Assembly (NCBI GenBank): GCA_964517675.1
Contig: CAZFEL010000001.1
Span: forward strand, 9,339 to 73,338
Length of the DNA: 64,000 bases
Direction of reading: 5' to 3'
DNA from: an uncultured archaeon
GTDB taxonomy: Archaea > Nanohalarchaeota > Nanosalinia > Nanosalinales > Nanoanaerosalinaceae
The notes beneath the pieces are model-generated. The model had not been told where the DNA came from. It saw only the letters and a program-made list of their open reading frames with translations, and did not search any database. Positions 15,969-24,779 of the stretch are shown piece by piece. Both the position numbers and the translations under genes were made by a program. Position 1 is the first letter of the stretch, and every line of letters begins with the position of its first letter.

Positions 15969-18518
15969 TCACTCCTTGACCACCACGGTACCGGTGTGGC
16001 CGGTCAGGAGGTGGTTGTGGTAGCCCCACTCGCCGGTCTTGTTGAACGTGAACTCGTACTCATCGACATCCGCACAGGAGTCAAAGCGTGTCGCCGCAGT
16101 GCTGTCATCGGCACAGTGCTCCGACCGTGATGTGCCGGCATAGTTCGTGTGTGTCGGATGCTCGTTAGAACCGACCCACATGTCCGGTCCCTTGCTCTCC
16201 CAGGTCACGGTCTCACCCTGCTTGATCGTTATTGTGCTGGGACTGAAACCGTCACTGGTGTAGGTGACGACGTTCTCGTCTTCGTCCACACCGCTCCTGT
16301 TCTCAGCTCCGGTCTTGGCGGCGAACTGCTGCTGGACCGTGCGGTTGAGACGCATCACCGGACTGTCGGCGCTGGCGGTGAACTCGCCATCGCCATCATC
16401 ATAGTGGAGCACCGCCCAGAATGTTCCGGTCATGTTCAGCGGGACGCTGGTATCGAACTCGCCCTCGAGGAGATCGCTGGTACTGACGATCTCGCCGGGC
16501 TGACCTCCATCATCCGTGTGCAGGACGATGTAGCCTGGCTCGTTGAGATAGCCCTCGACCTCGACACTGCCGTCATTCTCCAGACGCTGGTCCTGTGCCT
16601 CGATCATCGGAGCGAGGGAGCTGTCATCCTCGCGTTCTCGCTCATCGTCATCATCATCCCCGAGGACCGTCACCATCCCGGAGGCCGTGGCGACACGCTG
16701 TTCATCGACCTGTGCCGTCAGCTTGACCGTCCAGTTGCCCTGGGAGACGTACTTCCTGACCTCGTACTCCGAGACCCCGGTACACTGGATACCACCAACG
16801 TCACCACCACGGGTGACATCACTGTAGCCAAGCCGGACGGTGACCGTCCTGCTCTCGCGGTCGACTGTGGCACGGGCCTGTCCCTGGTAGTTGGGTGTGC
16901 TGAGACCCAGCTCGCCACGGACCCTGAGGTAGCCATCATGGCCGCTGAACTCGGCCGTCATGTTGCCGATGCCGGGATTGTCCTCATCAGCGCATTCCTG
17001 CTCGAACGTGACTCTGATGTCGCCATCGACCCGTCGCTCTGCCTCGCGCAATCGTTCCATCATATCACCGCGGCGGCCGCGTGCTTCCTCGACAAGTTCC
17101 TGGACCGCCTCGCGTCGCTTCTCGCGGAACTCGTTGATGATCTCGAGACGCTCTTCGACGGTGAGGTTCTGGGACATCTCCTCTGCGAACTCCCTGTTGA
17201 TCTCACCGAGGTCGTTGACCTGTTCCTGGAGATCCGCCGTCTCGCCACGGGCACGATCGCGTACCTGCTCCGGATTGGTCCGGACGTCATCCCATTCCTT
17301 CTCCCGGAACTCGCTGACGATCTCTCGAGCGTCCTCGTAGGCTTCCTGGTATTCGCCGGCAGCGAGGGCTGCCTCTGCCTCGTTGATGTCATTCCACGTG
17401 TCGTTGGACGCGTTCATGTCGCGGGCGAGATCTTTTGCCCGTGCGACCGTTCTGTTGGCCTTCCGTTCGAGCCGTTCCATGTTCTGCTGGATGTCCTCTT
17501 TCCATCGAGCCCGAGCCTTGTTCTGGGCGCGTGCTATCTCGGCTATCTCTTTCCCAGTGACGTTGGACGCCGAGCTGGCGACCTCATCGGCAGCCATACC
17601 GCGTACGGTCACGTCAGCCTCTGTTCCCTCGCGGACTGCCTCGGCGATGTCCCCGACCATGTCAGGAGAACCGACCACACGGACGTTCTCGATGCTCTCG
17701 TTGTTGATGAACGTCACGACGCTGTCGATGTCGTCATCGTTGCCAACGATGTAGGAGTTGGAACGGGGATCGGTCGTGCCGGCAAGCGAGTGCCGGAAGT
17801 CGGATGCACCGACAACGATGAACTCCTGGGATGTGTTGATACGGTCACGGAGCCGTTCCCTGACCTCCTGTCCGAGCTCCTCGTCGTCCGTGCCGACCGT
17901 GTCCCGGACCGAGATGCCGAGCTCGTTGAGCTGGCCTGTCGCTTCCTCCGACAGCTCACCACCGACGAAACCAACCTCGCTGACACCGAGGCCTTCAAGT
18001 GCGCTCATCACGCTTGCAGGGATCTTCTCCGAGGGTGCAAGGAAGACCGGCTCGCCGTTGGAACGGGCGATACTTTTCGCAAGACCGAGGACACGTTCAT
18101 CATCACCGCCCTCGTTCTCGACGAGCAGGGCCGAATCGGCTCCTTCCTGCCAGAAGTACTCGGCGATCTCGACTGCGGTGCCGTATCGTGTCACGCCCCA
18201 GAGCCGGGTCACATTGTTCTCCTGCTCGAGCCGTGCCTTGACATTATCGGAGATGACTTCGTCACCGCCGACGAGGATGATCTCCGAAGGATCCATGCGC
18301 TGGATCGCATCACCGACCTCCTGCGGTAGTTCGTCCTCGTCCGTCAGGAGGATGGGTGCGCCGATCTTCGATGCGGCTGATGAGGCGACCATGGCGTCCG
18401 GGTAGTTCTCCGTGGACGCCAGGATGACCGTCTCGACATCATCTGTTTCGTGCTGCTGTGCGAGCAGCGGGGTTGTAAGGAGTACAAGTGCAGCCGTCAG
18501 TGTAAGTAGCTTCCGCAT
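15969..18518 (-). CDS. large secreted protein with three N-terminal CWB2-type cell-wall-binding repeats, a coiled coil, and a C-terminal cupredoxin-like domain
   Basis: Signal peptide MRKLLTLTAALVLL. Three repeats with the PF04122-like pattern (ILASTENYPDAMVASSAASKIGAPILLT; TRLWGVTRYGTAVEIA...PVFLAPS; FIVVGASDFRHSLAG). Long K/E/R coiled coil. C-terminal IKQGETVTWESKG...HCADDS...YHNHLLTGH resembles a plastocyanin/azurin fold. Confidence 0.8.
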   Translation of the reverse strand: MRKLLTLTAALVLLTTPLLAQQHETDDVETVILASTENYPDAMVASSAASKIGAPILLTDEDELPQEVGDAIQRMDPSEIILVGGDEVISDNVKARLEQENNVTRLWGVTRYGTAVEIAEYFWQEGADSALLVENEGGDDERVLGLAKSIARSNGEPVFLAPSEKIPASVMSALEGLGVSEVGFVGGELSEEATGQLNELGISVRDTVGTDDEELGQEVRERLRDRINTSQEFIVVGASDFRHSLAGTTDPRSNSYIVGNDDDIDSVVTFINNESIENVRVVGSPDMVGDIAEAVREGTEADVTVRGMAADEVASSASNVTGKEIAEIARAQNKARARWKEDIQQNMERLERKANRTVARAKDLARDMNASNDTWNDINEAEAALAAGEYQEAYEDAREIVSEFREKEWDDVRTNPEQVRDRARGETADLQEQVNDLGEINREFAEEMSQNLTVEERLEIINEFREKRREAVQELVEEARGRRGDMMERLREAERRVDGDIRVTFEQECADEDNPGIGNMTAEFSGHDGYLRVRGELGLSTPNYQGQARATVDRESRTVTVRLGYSDVTRGGDVGGIQCTGVSEYEVRKYVSQGNWTVKLTAQVDEQRVATASGMVTVLGDDDDDEREREDDSSLAPMIEAQDQRLENDGSVEVEGYLNEPGYIVLHTDDGGQPGEIVSTSDLLEGEFDTSVPLNMTGTFWAVLHYDDGDGEFTASADSPVMRLNRTVQQQFAAKTGAENRSGVDEDENVVTYTSDGFSPSTITIKQGETVTWESKGPDMWVGSNEHPTHTNYAGTSRSEHCADDSTAATRFDSCADVDEYEFTFNKTGEWGYHNHLLTGHTGTVVVKE

Positions 18519-18610
18519 GGGATTCCACCGTACCCCTTACTCTGTCGGCGCGGTTTTTATAGGTCAGGTCGAGGGGGAGGTATTTCAATGACGGATTCGC
18601 CTTCGAGTCC

Positions 18611-19102
18611 ATGCAGCTGAACCGCGACGAGTTGCGGCGTCGGATCGAGGACGACGGGCTCCTCAAGGGATACCGGGATCTCGACAGACAACTGACACCG
18701 AACGGGTTCGATATGAGTGTCGCGGAGGTCCACAGGTTCGAGGGACCGGGCCAGCTCGATTTCACGAACGAACAGCGGCAGCTCCCGGAGACGACCGAGC
18801 TCGAACCGCAGGACGACTGGTGGGAGCTCGAGAACACAGTATACAAGCTTGTGATGCAGGAAAAGGTCGATATCCCGCTCGATCTTGTCGGTATCGGGTT
18901 CCCCCGATCATCGCTGATGCGGATGGGAGCCCACATCCAGAACGGGTTCTGGGAAGCTGGCTACGAGGGCAGGACGGAGTGCCTGCTCGCTGTCGATAAC
19001 CCTGAAGGCATGCGACTGAAAGACGGTGCCCGCGTCCTCCAGATCAGCTTCCACGAGCTCGAAGATGTCGATGACGGGTACGATGGACGGTACAGCGTCT
19101 AG
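18611..19102 (+). CDS. dut: dUTP diphosphatase-like protein (dCTP deaminase/dUTPase family, haloarchaeal Dut type)
   Basis: 163 aa. LVGIGFPRSSLMRMGAHIQNGFWEAGYEG parallels the dCTP-deaminase-family active-site region (compare dcd at 53072). Confidence 0.65.
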   Translation: MQLNRDELRRRIEDDGLLKGYRDLDRQLTPNGFDMSVAEVHRFEGPGQLDFTNEQRQLPETTELEPQDDWWELENTVYKLVMQEKVDIPLDLVGIGFPRSSLMRMGAHIQNGFWEAGYEGRTECLLAVDNPEGMRLKDGARVLQISFHELEDVDDGYDGRYSV

Positions 19103-19755
19103 ATCTGCTTGAGATCGACATCGATCCCGTCCTCGATCTCCATGATGCCGTAATATCCCTCCTGGACCGGTCCGGGGTTGATGACGGTCGTCCCGCCGAG
19201 GGTGTCGATGCTGCGTCCCTCGTGGACGTGTCCTGTGAGGACGAGATCGAGATCTGTCTCCTCGATGAGTTCGCGGACCGCCGTGCTGCCGACGTGGTCC
19301 TCATCCGTGACATCGGCAGCGACGCCGAACGGCGGCTGGTGGATGACCGCCACCCTCGTATCGGCCTGCATGCGGCCGTACAGCTGGGAGAGGACATCTT
19401 TGATTGCATCTTCCTCCGGCTCAAATGGCGTCCCGAACGGCGTGATACCGCCACCGAACCCGATGGCGTCGAAGGCATCGAAGGAGGCGACGTTCTTGTG
19501 CAGGTTCATCCTGTAGTCGATCAGCGTCCCGACACAGTCCTCCTCGGGGTCCATGTTGCCGGGGACGGCCTTCGCCAGCTTGCGCTGCTCGTTGAAGACC
19601 TCGAGGACCTCTTTGAGCCGGCCCTTGTAGTCGCTGTAGGAGCTGGCATCGCTGATATCGCCGGCACAGAGGGCGACATCGTAGTCTTCGGTTTCGAGGA
19701 CGGTTTCGAGCGAATCAACATCGCCGTGGATGTCTGTGGTGAGGAGAACGCGCAT
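19099..19755 (-). CDS. metallophosphoesterase (calcineurin-like phosphoesterase)
   Basis: DIHGD ... GD ... GNMD ... GHVHE motifs. ATG at 19755. Confidence 0.8.
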   Translation of the reverse strand: MRVLLTTDIHGDVDSLETVLETEDYDVALCAGDISDASSYSDYKGRLKEVLEVFNEQRKLAKAVPGNMDPEEDCVGTLIDYRMNLHKNVASFDAFDAIGFGGGITPFGTPFEPEEDAIKDVLSQLYGRMQADTRVAVIHQPPFGVAADVTDEDHVGSTAVRELIEETDLDLVLTGHVHEGRSIDTLGGTTVINPGPVQEGYYGIMEIEDGIDVDLKQI

Positions 19756-19777
19756 AGGTGAGAATGGGGAAGACACA

Positions 19778-19784
19778 TTTAAAG
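19778..19784 (+). promoter_or_regulatory. TATA-box-like element upstream of the structured ncRNA
   Basis: TTTAAAG. Predicted TSS near 19810. Confidence 0.3.
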
Positions 19785-19809
19785 CTTTGACCGCCCAGTT
19801 GTACCACGA

Positions 19810-20110
19810 GACCAGGCCATACAGACCGGTCTCTCTGGGGTCTGCGTGGACTCCGGCCCCGCCGGAGTGGAGCGCAGGTGACCTTCAGGGCGGACCGCTC
19901 TGGCCCAAGCCCCGATGGCTAAGCCTGGTATAGCGGCCGACTCGTAATGGGCGCGGATCGTCCGCGTCCACGGTCCTGGATGCTCTCCCCATGGCCTGGC
20001 GGGAGCCCAGGGTACGCCCAGTCTTTCCCTGGCTAGGAAAGACGCCTGTGATGAGGAGGATCATTAAGTGCTTGAGCTAACGCGATGATGATGTGAACAC
20101 CCTCCGAGCA
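19810..20110 (+). ncRNA. structured ncRNA candidate, most consistent with SRP (7S) RNA
   Basis: About 300-nt non-coding GC-rich stretch with a long-range helix (CGTGGAC ... GTCCACG) and several perfect local hairpins (GCGCGGA-TCG-TCCGCG; GTCTTTCC-ctggcta-GGAAAGAC). CCGGAGTGGAGCGCAGG resembles the SRP domain IV CCGGAAGG-AGCA motif. RNase P is disfavoured because the motif order is wrong. Confidence 0.3.
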
Positions 20111-20183
20111 GGGTTACCGGGCTGTAAAATGCAGGAGGCACCGCTAACGCGTACTGCCCGCTGCAGACGAGATATCGGCAGGT

Positions 20184-20209
20184 CCCGGGTTCAAATCCCG
20201 GTCGGGGCT
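20184..20209 (+). repeat. tRNA 3'-end-like element, copy 1 (T-arm CCGGG-TTCAAAT-CCCGG plus acceptor 3' strand TCGGGGC)
   Basis: One of three direct copies (20184, 20275, 20357). No matching 5' acceptor strand exists upstream, so it is not a full tRNA. Confidence 0.7.
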
Positions 20210-20274
20210 TCTCTTTGCCTTCTTTCGGTATGTTCGGGGATTTGATAGCCTCGAGAAAATCTCCGATTTTCGAC

Positions 20275-20299
20275 GGGTTCAAATCCCGGTCGGGGCTTC
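20275..20299 (+). repeat. tRNA 3'-end-like element, copy 2
   Basis: GGGTTCAAATCCCGGTCGGGGCTTC is identical to the core of copy 1. Confidence 0.7.
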
Positions 20300-20356
20300 A
20301 CTCCGTTCAGCTTCCGCTGCGGGAGTTCTCGACCCGTTCTTCTCTCCCGAGAAGCC

Positions 20357-20421
20357 GGGAGTTCAAATCCCGGTCGGGGCTTCTCTTTGACATCTCTCGA
20401 TATTTTCGGGATTTGATAGCT
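20357..20421 (+). repeat. tRNA 3'-end-like element, copy 3, plus shared about 40-nt downstream unit
   Basis: GGGAGTTCAAATCCCGGTCGGGGCTTC followed by TCTTTGaCaTCTcTCGaTATtTTCGGGATTTGATAGC, which also follows copy 1. Confidence 0.7.
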
Positions 20422-20525
20422 CCGGTTCTCGGGGTCCCGGGCTCGTCGTGGAGACGGATACACCGGGTCACGGCAGGACGGTGCCGGGACACATCGTTCT
20501 GTACCATGCCCGTGACAATGCAGGA

Positions 20526-20945
20526 TCAGCGACCGTCGATGATGAGCTCCATGACATCTGTCCGCCTGTCGAGCAGGTACAGCAGGACGAAGGTGGCCAC
20601 GAGCAGCAAGCCACCGACAGCCTGGCCGACCGTCCCAAGCGACTGGAGCTGGTAGACGGCCTGGAGGACGATCGCCAGTGTGAGCACAAAGGTGAACACA
20701 GCGAGGAAGAGGTTCATCTCGAACTGGGCGCGCTGCATCTCCCGCTGGCGGGCAACGTCGAAGCCTTTCTCCGTCAGGACAGGATCGTCCATTCCATCTA
20801 TCAGGTCGTGGCGTTTCAGGAATGATAGCCCGTCATTAATCTCGCCCTCAGAGAGATTTTCCGATGCCTCCAGTGACCTGCGCCAGCCGGTGTCCTCGCT
20901 CTCATAGACCGCCTGCAGGACCTTCGCCCATATCGCCTCAGCCAT
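20526..20945 (-). CDS. hypothetical protein with an N-terminal soluble domain and two C-terminal TM helices
   Basis: 139-aa ORF with hydrophobic segments FLAVFTFVLTLAIVLQAVY and LLLVATFVLLYLL. Confidence 0.45.
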   Translation of the reverse strand: MAEAIWAKVLQAVYESEDTGWRRSLEASENLSEGEINDGLSFLKRHDLIDGMDDPVLTEKGFDVARQREMQRAQFEMNLFLAVFTFVLTLAIVLQAVYQLQSLGTVGQAVGGLLLVATFVLLYLLDRRTDVMELIIDGR

Positions 20946-21009
20946 AGAACAGTATGGGGCGGGGTGATTTAAACAGCCTCCTCCCCTGACCTACCCCCCC
21001 TGGCCCCGG

Positions 21010-22050
21010 TCAGCGGGACGCCTGATAGGTCCCGTAGAGGGCTGTCCCGAGGGCACCGAGCCCGAGCAGGATGACAGTGAGCTGGACGATATCGGCGACG
21101 ACCGGGACCCGTCCGAGAGCTGTCACCACCAGCAGGCCCACGACCAGAGCGAGGAACCTGCTATCGTGGTCGAACTGCTCCAGCAGCCAGTCACCGAGGG
21201 CGTACTGGACATAGACCATCCCGGCCCAGAGGGCCACGATGAACCCCACAAGGACGATAAGCCCCATCGGGAGTCCGATGATCGTCACCATCAGGATGAG
21301 TGATGCGACAGGGACACCGATCAGTGCCAGGGCGCCGACACCCGCCAAACGCAGCGGGGCATCCTGGAGACGGTCGTTGAGACCTTCAGAGAACCGTGGG
21401 AAGACTGCAAGCAGGACGACACCGAACAGGAAACTGGTGATGAGGCTGTACGATCCCCCGATCCAGGCCGGGAGCGACGGCGTCCCGAGGTCGACCTCCA
21501 AGTCGCCCTCAAGGTCCTCGTCCCTTGTGACATCGCCACCGACAGATGCGGTATCAGCGAGATCGAAGCTCGCTGCTCTGTAGCGTATATCCCCGCCGAT
21601 AACAGCATTCGGACCGACATCGAGGGTATCAGCAGAGAGAACGGTATCGCCGTTGACAGAACCATCAACAGAGACATAGGCTCCACCAGCCTTGAGGCTA
21701 CCGTCGATGCGGGCGGTCTCGGTCACCTCGACGGTCCCGGCAGCGACCTGGACGCTGCCATCGACAGTCCCGTCGATCCGGACCGTGCCTGCCGCCGCAT
21801 CAATGCTACCGCCGACGGATCCTTCCTCCATGACGTGGATACTGCCAGCGGCCCCGGAGACGTTGCCGGTCACGGTGCCCCGGACCACGATCGCCCCTGC
21901 ATAGCCGTCGATGCTGTCGATCGTCTCGTTCACATCGACGACGATGGCGGCCGATGAACCGTCCGTGGTGCCTGCCGCCGCCATCCCGGCAGGGACAATG
22001 ACCACAAGAAAAATGGCAAGGGCCATGACCTGGGAGGTATATCGATGCAT
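21010..22050 (-). CDS. bactofilin-like polymer-forming cytoskeletal protein with C-terminal TM anchor domain
   Basis: Repetitive G-x-V/I-x-G-x-V beta-helix repeats (GTVTGNVSGAAGSIHV...GSVGGSIDAAAGTVRIDGTVDGSV...), typical of the bactofilin/DUF583 family. Hydrophobic C-terminal third. Start chosen at ATG 22050. Confidence 0.65.
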   Translation of the reverse strand: MHRYTSQVMALAIFLVVIVPAGMAAAGTTDGSSAAIVVDVNETIDSIDGYAGAIVVRGTVTGNVSGAAGSIHVMEEGSVGGSIDAAAGTVRIDGTVDGSVQVAAGTVEVTETARIDGSLKAGGAYVSVDGSVNGDTVLSADTLDVGPNAVIGGDIRYRAASFDLADTASVGGDVTRDEDLEGDLEVDLGTPSLPAWIGGSYSLITSFLFGVVLLAVFPRFSEGLNDRLQDAPLRLAGVGALALIGVPVASLILMVTIIGLPMGLIVLVGFIVALWAGMVYVQYALGDWLLEQFDHDSRFLALVVGLLVVTALGRVPVVADIVQLTVILLGLGALGTALYGTYQASR

Positions 22051-22184
22051 GAGTACTGGCTGGCGGTCTGTCTTGAAAAATGTATCGACTGGGACAGTCC
22101 CGGCCACACACGACGGGAACGAACAGGGACGTGGTGCCTGTCGCCGTCAGCAGTTTTATACCGCTCCCACTCCAACCGGAGAAC

Positions 22185-22757
22185 GTGGCACTGGAACTCG
22201 ATGATTTCCTCCACGAAGGATGGCTGAACAATGCCGTTGGCTGGACCACCGTCATGCTGATGACAGGCGTCCTCATAGAGAGCCTGCTGGACATGGACGT
22301 CGTCTGGGCGGGATTTACAGGGCTTGTGATGCTCGTCCTGCTCCTGCCAACGGTGATCGGGGACGATCGGCGGATACGGATGCCATGGGGGTTCCTTATC
22401 CTTGCCTCGCTCCCTATAACAGCCCGGGCACTCGATATAGGGATGGTCAGAGGGCCTATATTCTTCTATCTCTCCTTCGCGGCCCTGGCCCTGATCATCG
22501 CGGTCGAGATCCACATGTACACCGGCACGAAGATGACACACTGGTTCGCGGTGGTTTTCGTCTCCCTGACGACGATCGCAATCGAGGGCGCCTGGGCAAT
22601 CAGCCGATGGTACGCGGACTCGCTGCTCGGAACCTCCTTCCTGCCGCCCCATGATGACCTGATGGTCGACTTTGTCGCCGTCCTCGCGGTCGGGATCGGT
22701 GCCGGGATCTTCTTCGACATCTACTTCCGCAGGTTCGGGCCGGAGGTGGAACCATGA
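22185..22757 (+). CDS. polytopic membrane protein (hypothetical)
   Basis: ORF 22080..22757 with very hydrophobic helices. The start is uncertain (GTG at 22185 or downstream ATGs). The ORF N-terminus overlaps the convergent gene. Confidence 0.45.
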   Translation: MALELDDFLHEGWLNNAVGWTTVMLMTGVLIESLLDMDVVWAGFTGLVMLVLLLPTVIGDDRRIRMPWGFLILASLPITARALDIGMVRGPIFFYLSFAALALIIAVEIHMYTGTKMTHWFAVVFVSLTTIAIEGAWAISRWYADSLLGTSFLPPHDDLMVDFVAVLAVGIGAGIFFDIYFRRFGPEVEP

Positions 22758-23416
22758 GGATACGTGACCTCCTCGGTATCTCCGAACGCGCCCAGCACAG
22801 GATAACGCGGGCCATGCAGGCGATCCTGCTGACAATGACCCTGGTCGGGTTCTACCAGCTGAACGTGCGGATGATCTTCAGCTCCCTCATTCCGCTTGCG
22901 GTCTCGTTCGTCCCGGCAGCGATGCGGAAGGACCCGAACGTGACAATGGACACCGGGATCGTGATGTGGGTCACAGCAGCCGCGTTCCTCCACGCTGTCG
23001 GGACCTACGGGGTCTACGATGCGATAGCCGGTTTCGACCACCTCACACACGCGTTCTCGGCCACAGTAGTCGCTGGGACGGGCTATGGCATCGTCCGGGC
23101 GATCGACAACCATGCCGATGGCGTTCATCTCCAGGACGAGGTCGTCTTTGCTTTCATCCTGATCTTCACGATGGCCTTCGGTGTCATCTGGGAGGTTGGC
23201 GAGTTCTTTGCCGGCATCCTCGGAGATATCACCGGACACGGACCCGTCCTGATCCAGTACGGCATGGCGGACACGATGAAGGACATGACATTCAACATGG
23301 CCGGGGCCGTCCTCATCGCGACGTGGGGTCATATCTACCTGACAGGGGTCGTCGAGACCATCGCCGGGTTCCTCGGGTACAACCGCCTCACCGGCCAGGA
23401 CGTTACAGATGAGTAA
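22754..23416 (+). CDS. polytopic membrane protein (hypothetical)
   Basis: ATGA start/stop overlap with the upstream ORF. Multiple TM helices. Confidence 0.55.
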   Translation: MRIRDLLGISERAQHRITRAMQAILLTMTLVGFYQLNVRMIFSSLIPLAVSFVPAAMRKDPNVTMDTGIVMWVTAAAFLHAVGTYGVYDAIAGFDHLTHAFSATVVAGTGYGIVRAIDNHADGVHLQDEVVFAFILIFTMAFGVIWEVGEFFAGILGDITGHGPVLIQYGMADTMKDMTFNMAGAVLIATWGHIYLTGVVETIAGFLGYNRLTGQDVTDE

Positions 23417-23442
23417 GCTTTAGTACGCGGGACCCGCATGGA

Positions 23443-24189
23443 TTGACGGTGATCTCCGTGGATCTCGAAGGAACAGTGGCGATCGTAACCGGCGGATCGA
23501 CAGGTATCGGTCGTGCCATAACAGAAAGATACATAGAAGAAGGCGCTGACGTTGTCATCGCCGACATAAACGAGGAAAAAGGCAAGGAGACGGCCGAAGA
23601 CCTTGGCTGTGACTTCATGACCTGCGATGTATCAGAGTACGACCAGGTCGAGGACATGGTCGAACGCACAGTGGAGGAACACGGCCACCTGGACGTCATC
23701 GTCAACAATGCCGGGATAGGCAGCACCGCACCCCTCGGTGAGATGAGCACCGAGCAGTGGGAGGCGACGATCGATGTCAACCTGACCGGCGTCATGAACG
23801 GCTCGAAGGCAGCCCTCCCACAGCTCCAGGAGACGGAAGGCTGTATCATCAATATCGCCTCCATCTACGGGCTCGTCGGTGCACCAGGTGCGACATCGTA
23901 CAACGCCGCCAAGGGCGGTGTCGTCAACTTCACCCGCAGCGTCGCGGTCGACTACGCCGAGGAAAACGTCCGGGTCAACTCCATCTGTCCCGGGTTCGTT
24001 CGGACACCGATGACAGAGGACATGCTCGATGATGAAGACTTCTACAGCTTCGTCGAGAACAACACACCGATGGACCGTGTCGCAGAGCCCGATGAGATCG
24101 CTGGGCTGGCCGCCTTCCTGGCCTCGGACGATGCATCCTACATCACCGGTGCGAACATCCCGGTCGATGGTGGCTGGACGGCACACTGA
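23443..24189 (+). CDS. short-chain dehydrogenase/reductase (SDR) family oxidoreductase
   Basis: TGGSTGIGRA, NNAG, YNAAK catalytic motif. Paralogous to 2130..2786. Confidence 0.85.
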   Translation: MTVISVDLEGTVAIVTGGSTGIGRAITERYIEEGADVVIADINEEKGKETAEDLGCDFMTCDVSEYDQVEDMVERTVEEHGHLDVIVNNAGIGSTAPLGEMSTEQWEATIDVNLTGVMNGSKAALPQLQETEGCIINIASIYGLVGAPGATSYNAAKGGVVNFTRSVAVDYAEENVRVNSICPGFVRTPMTEDMLDDEDFYSFVENNTPMDRVAEPDEIAGLAAFLASDDASYITGANIPVDGGWTAH

Positions 24190-24273
24190 TCGCCGACCGC
24201 TGTTCAAGACCGTCCTCGGTCAGCGACGGTGCGCGGCCCCACGAGGGCCGCCATACCCTTTTTTTTCTCCGCC

Positions 24274-24777
24274 TCATGCCTCATTGCCCAGGACCTGTTC
24301 CATCGCGTGGGCGACAGAGCGCCGGGTGAACTCCTCCCGGGTCAGTCGTCCATCGGTCATCACACCGACCGTCCCCTCCTGCTCCGGGACATCATCGCGT
24401 TCCATCTCGTCGTTGATGACCGTTCCCAGCTCCTCCTCCGGCAGCCGTGAGGTGACAGCATCAGGCAGCCGGATCCGTCCGGAACCTCCCTCCCCGAGGA
24501 CCTCGCCATCCTCCATGATGACGGTCCAGACGGTGAGGAAGGCCGCGTGCTCGATGTACCCCTCGATCCCGATGCCCCGGTCCGCATCGAGCTTCCGGGC
24601 GGCACGGAAGGCCCTGTTCCGGGCTCCGGTCCGGGCCTGCTCCCATGCCATCGGCATCGATCCGATCCCGGGATCGACGGAGACGCGTTCGACATCCAGT
24701 GTATCATGATACGTCTCCAGTGCTGACCTGGTTGCTTTTTCCTTCACAGGGTTGCCGGAACCGAGCGCATACAACAT
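24274..24777 (-). CDS. inosine/xanthosine triphosphatase (DUF84/YjjX-like non-canonical NTPase)
   Basis: QARTGARNRA and VMTDGRLTREEFTRRSV align with E. coli YjjX motifs ETRAGARNRV and VFTAGKLTRASVYHQAV. Confidence 0.7.
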   Translation of the reverse strand: MLYALGSGNPVKEKATRSALETYHDTLDVERVSVDPGIGSMPMAWEQARTGARNRAFRAARKLDADRGIGIEGYIEHAAFLTVWTVIMEDGEVLGEGGSGRIRLPDAVTSRLPEEELGTVINDEMERDDVPEQEGTVGVMTDGRLTREEFTRRSVAHAMEQVLGNEA

Positions 24778-24779
24778 CC

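Noticed and set aside
16149-18329. 726-aa plus-strand ORF
   Set aside because: Lies entirely antisense to the 849-aa CWB2/cupredoxin gene. Its Arg/Leu/Val-rich low-complexity translation is typical of a GC-rich shadow frame.
19810-20110. RNase P RNA
   Set aside because: Matches to the GGAAAG..GGGC and ACAG..CCGG elements occur only on the minus strand and in the wrong 5'-to-3' order for P4. The exact universally conserved AGGAAAGUCCGGGCUCC motif is missing.
20064-20463. Minus-strand ORFs with repeated KPRPGFE peptides
   Set aside because: The repeated peptide is simply the translation of the three tRNA-3'-end-like DNA repeats. It is not a real repeat protein.
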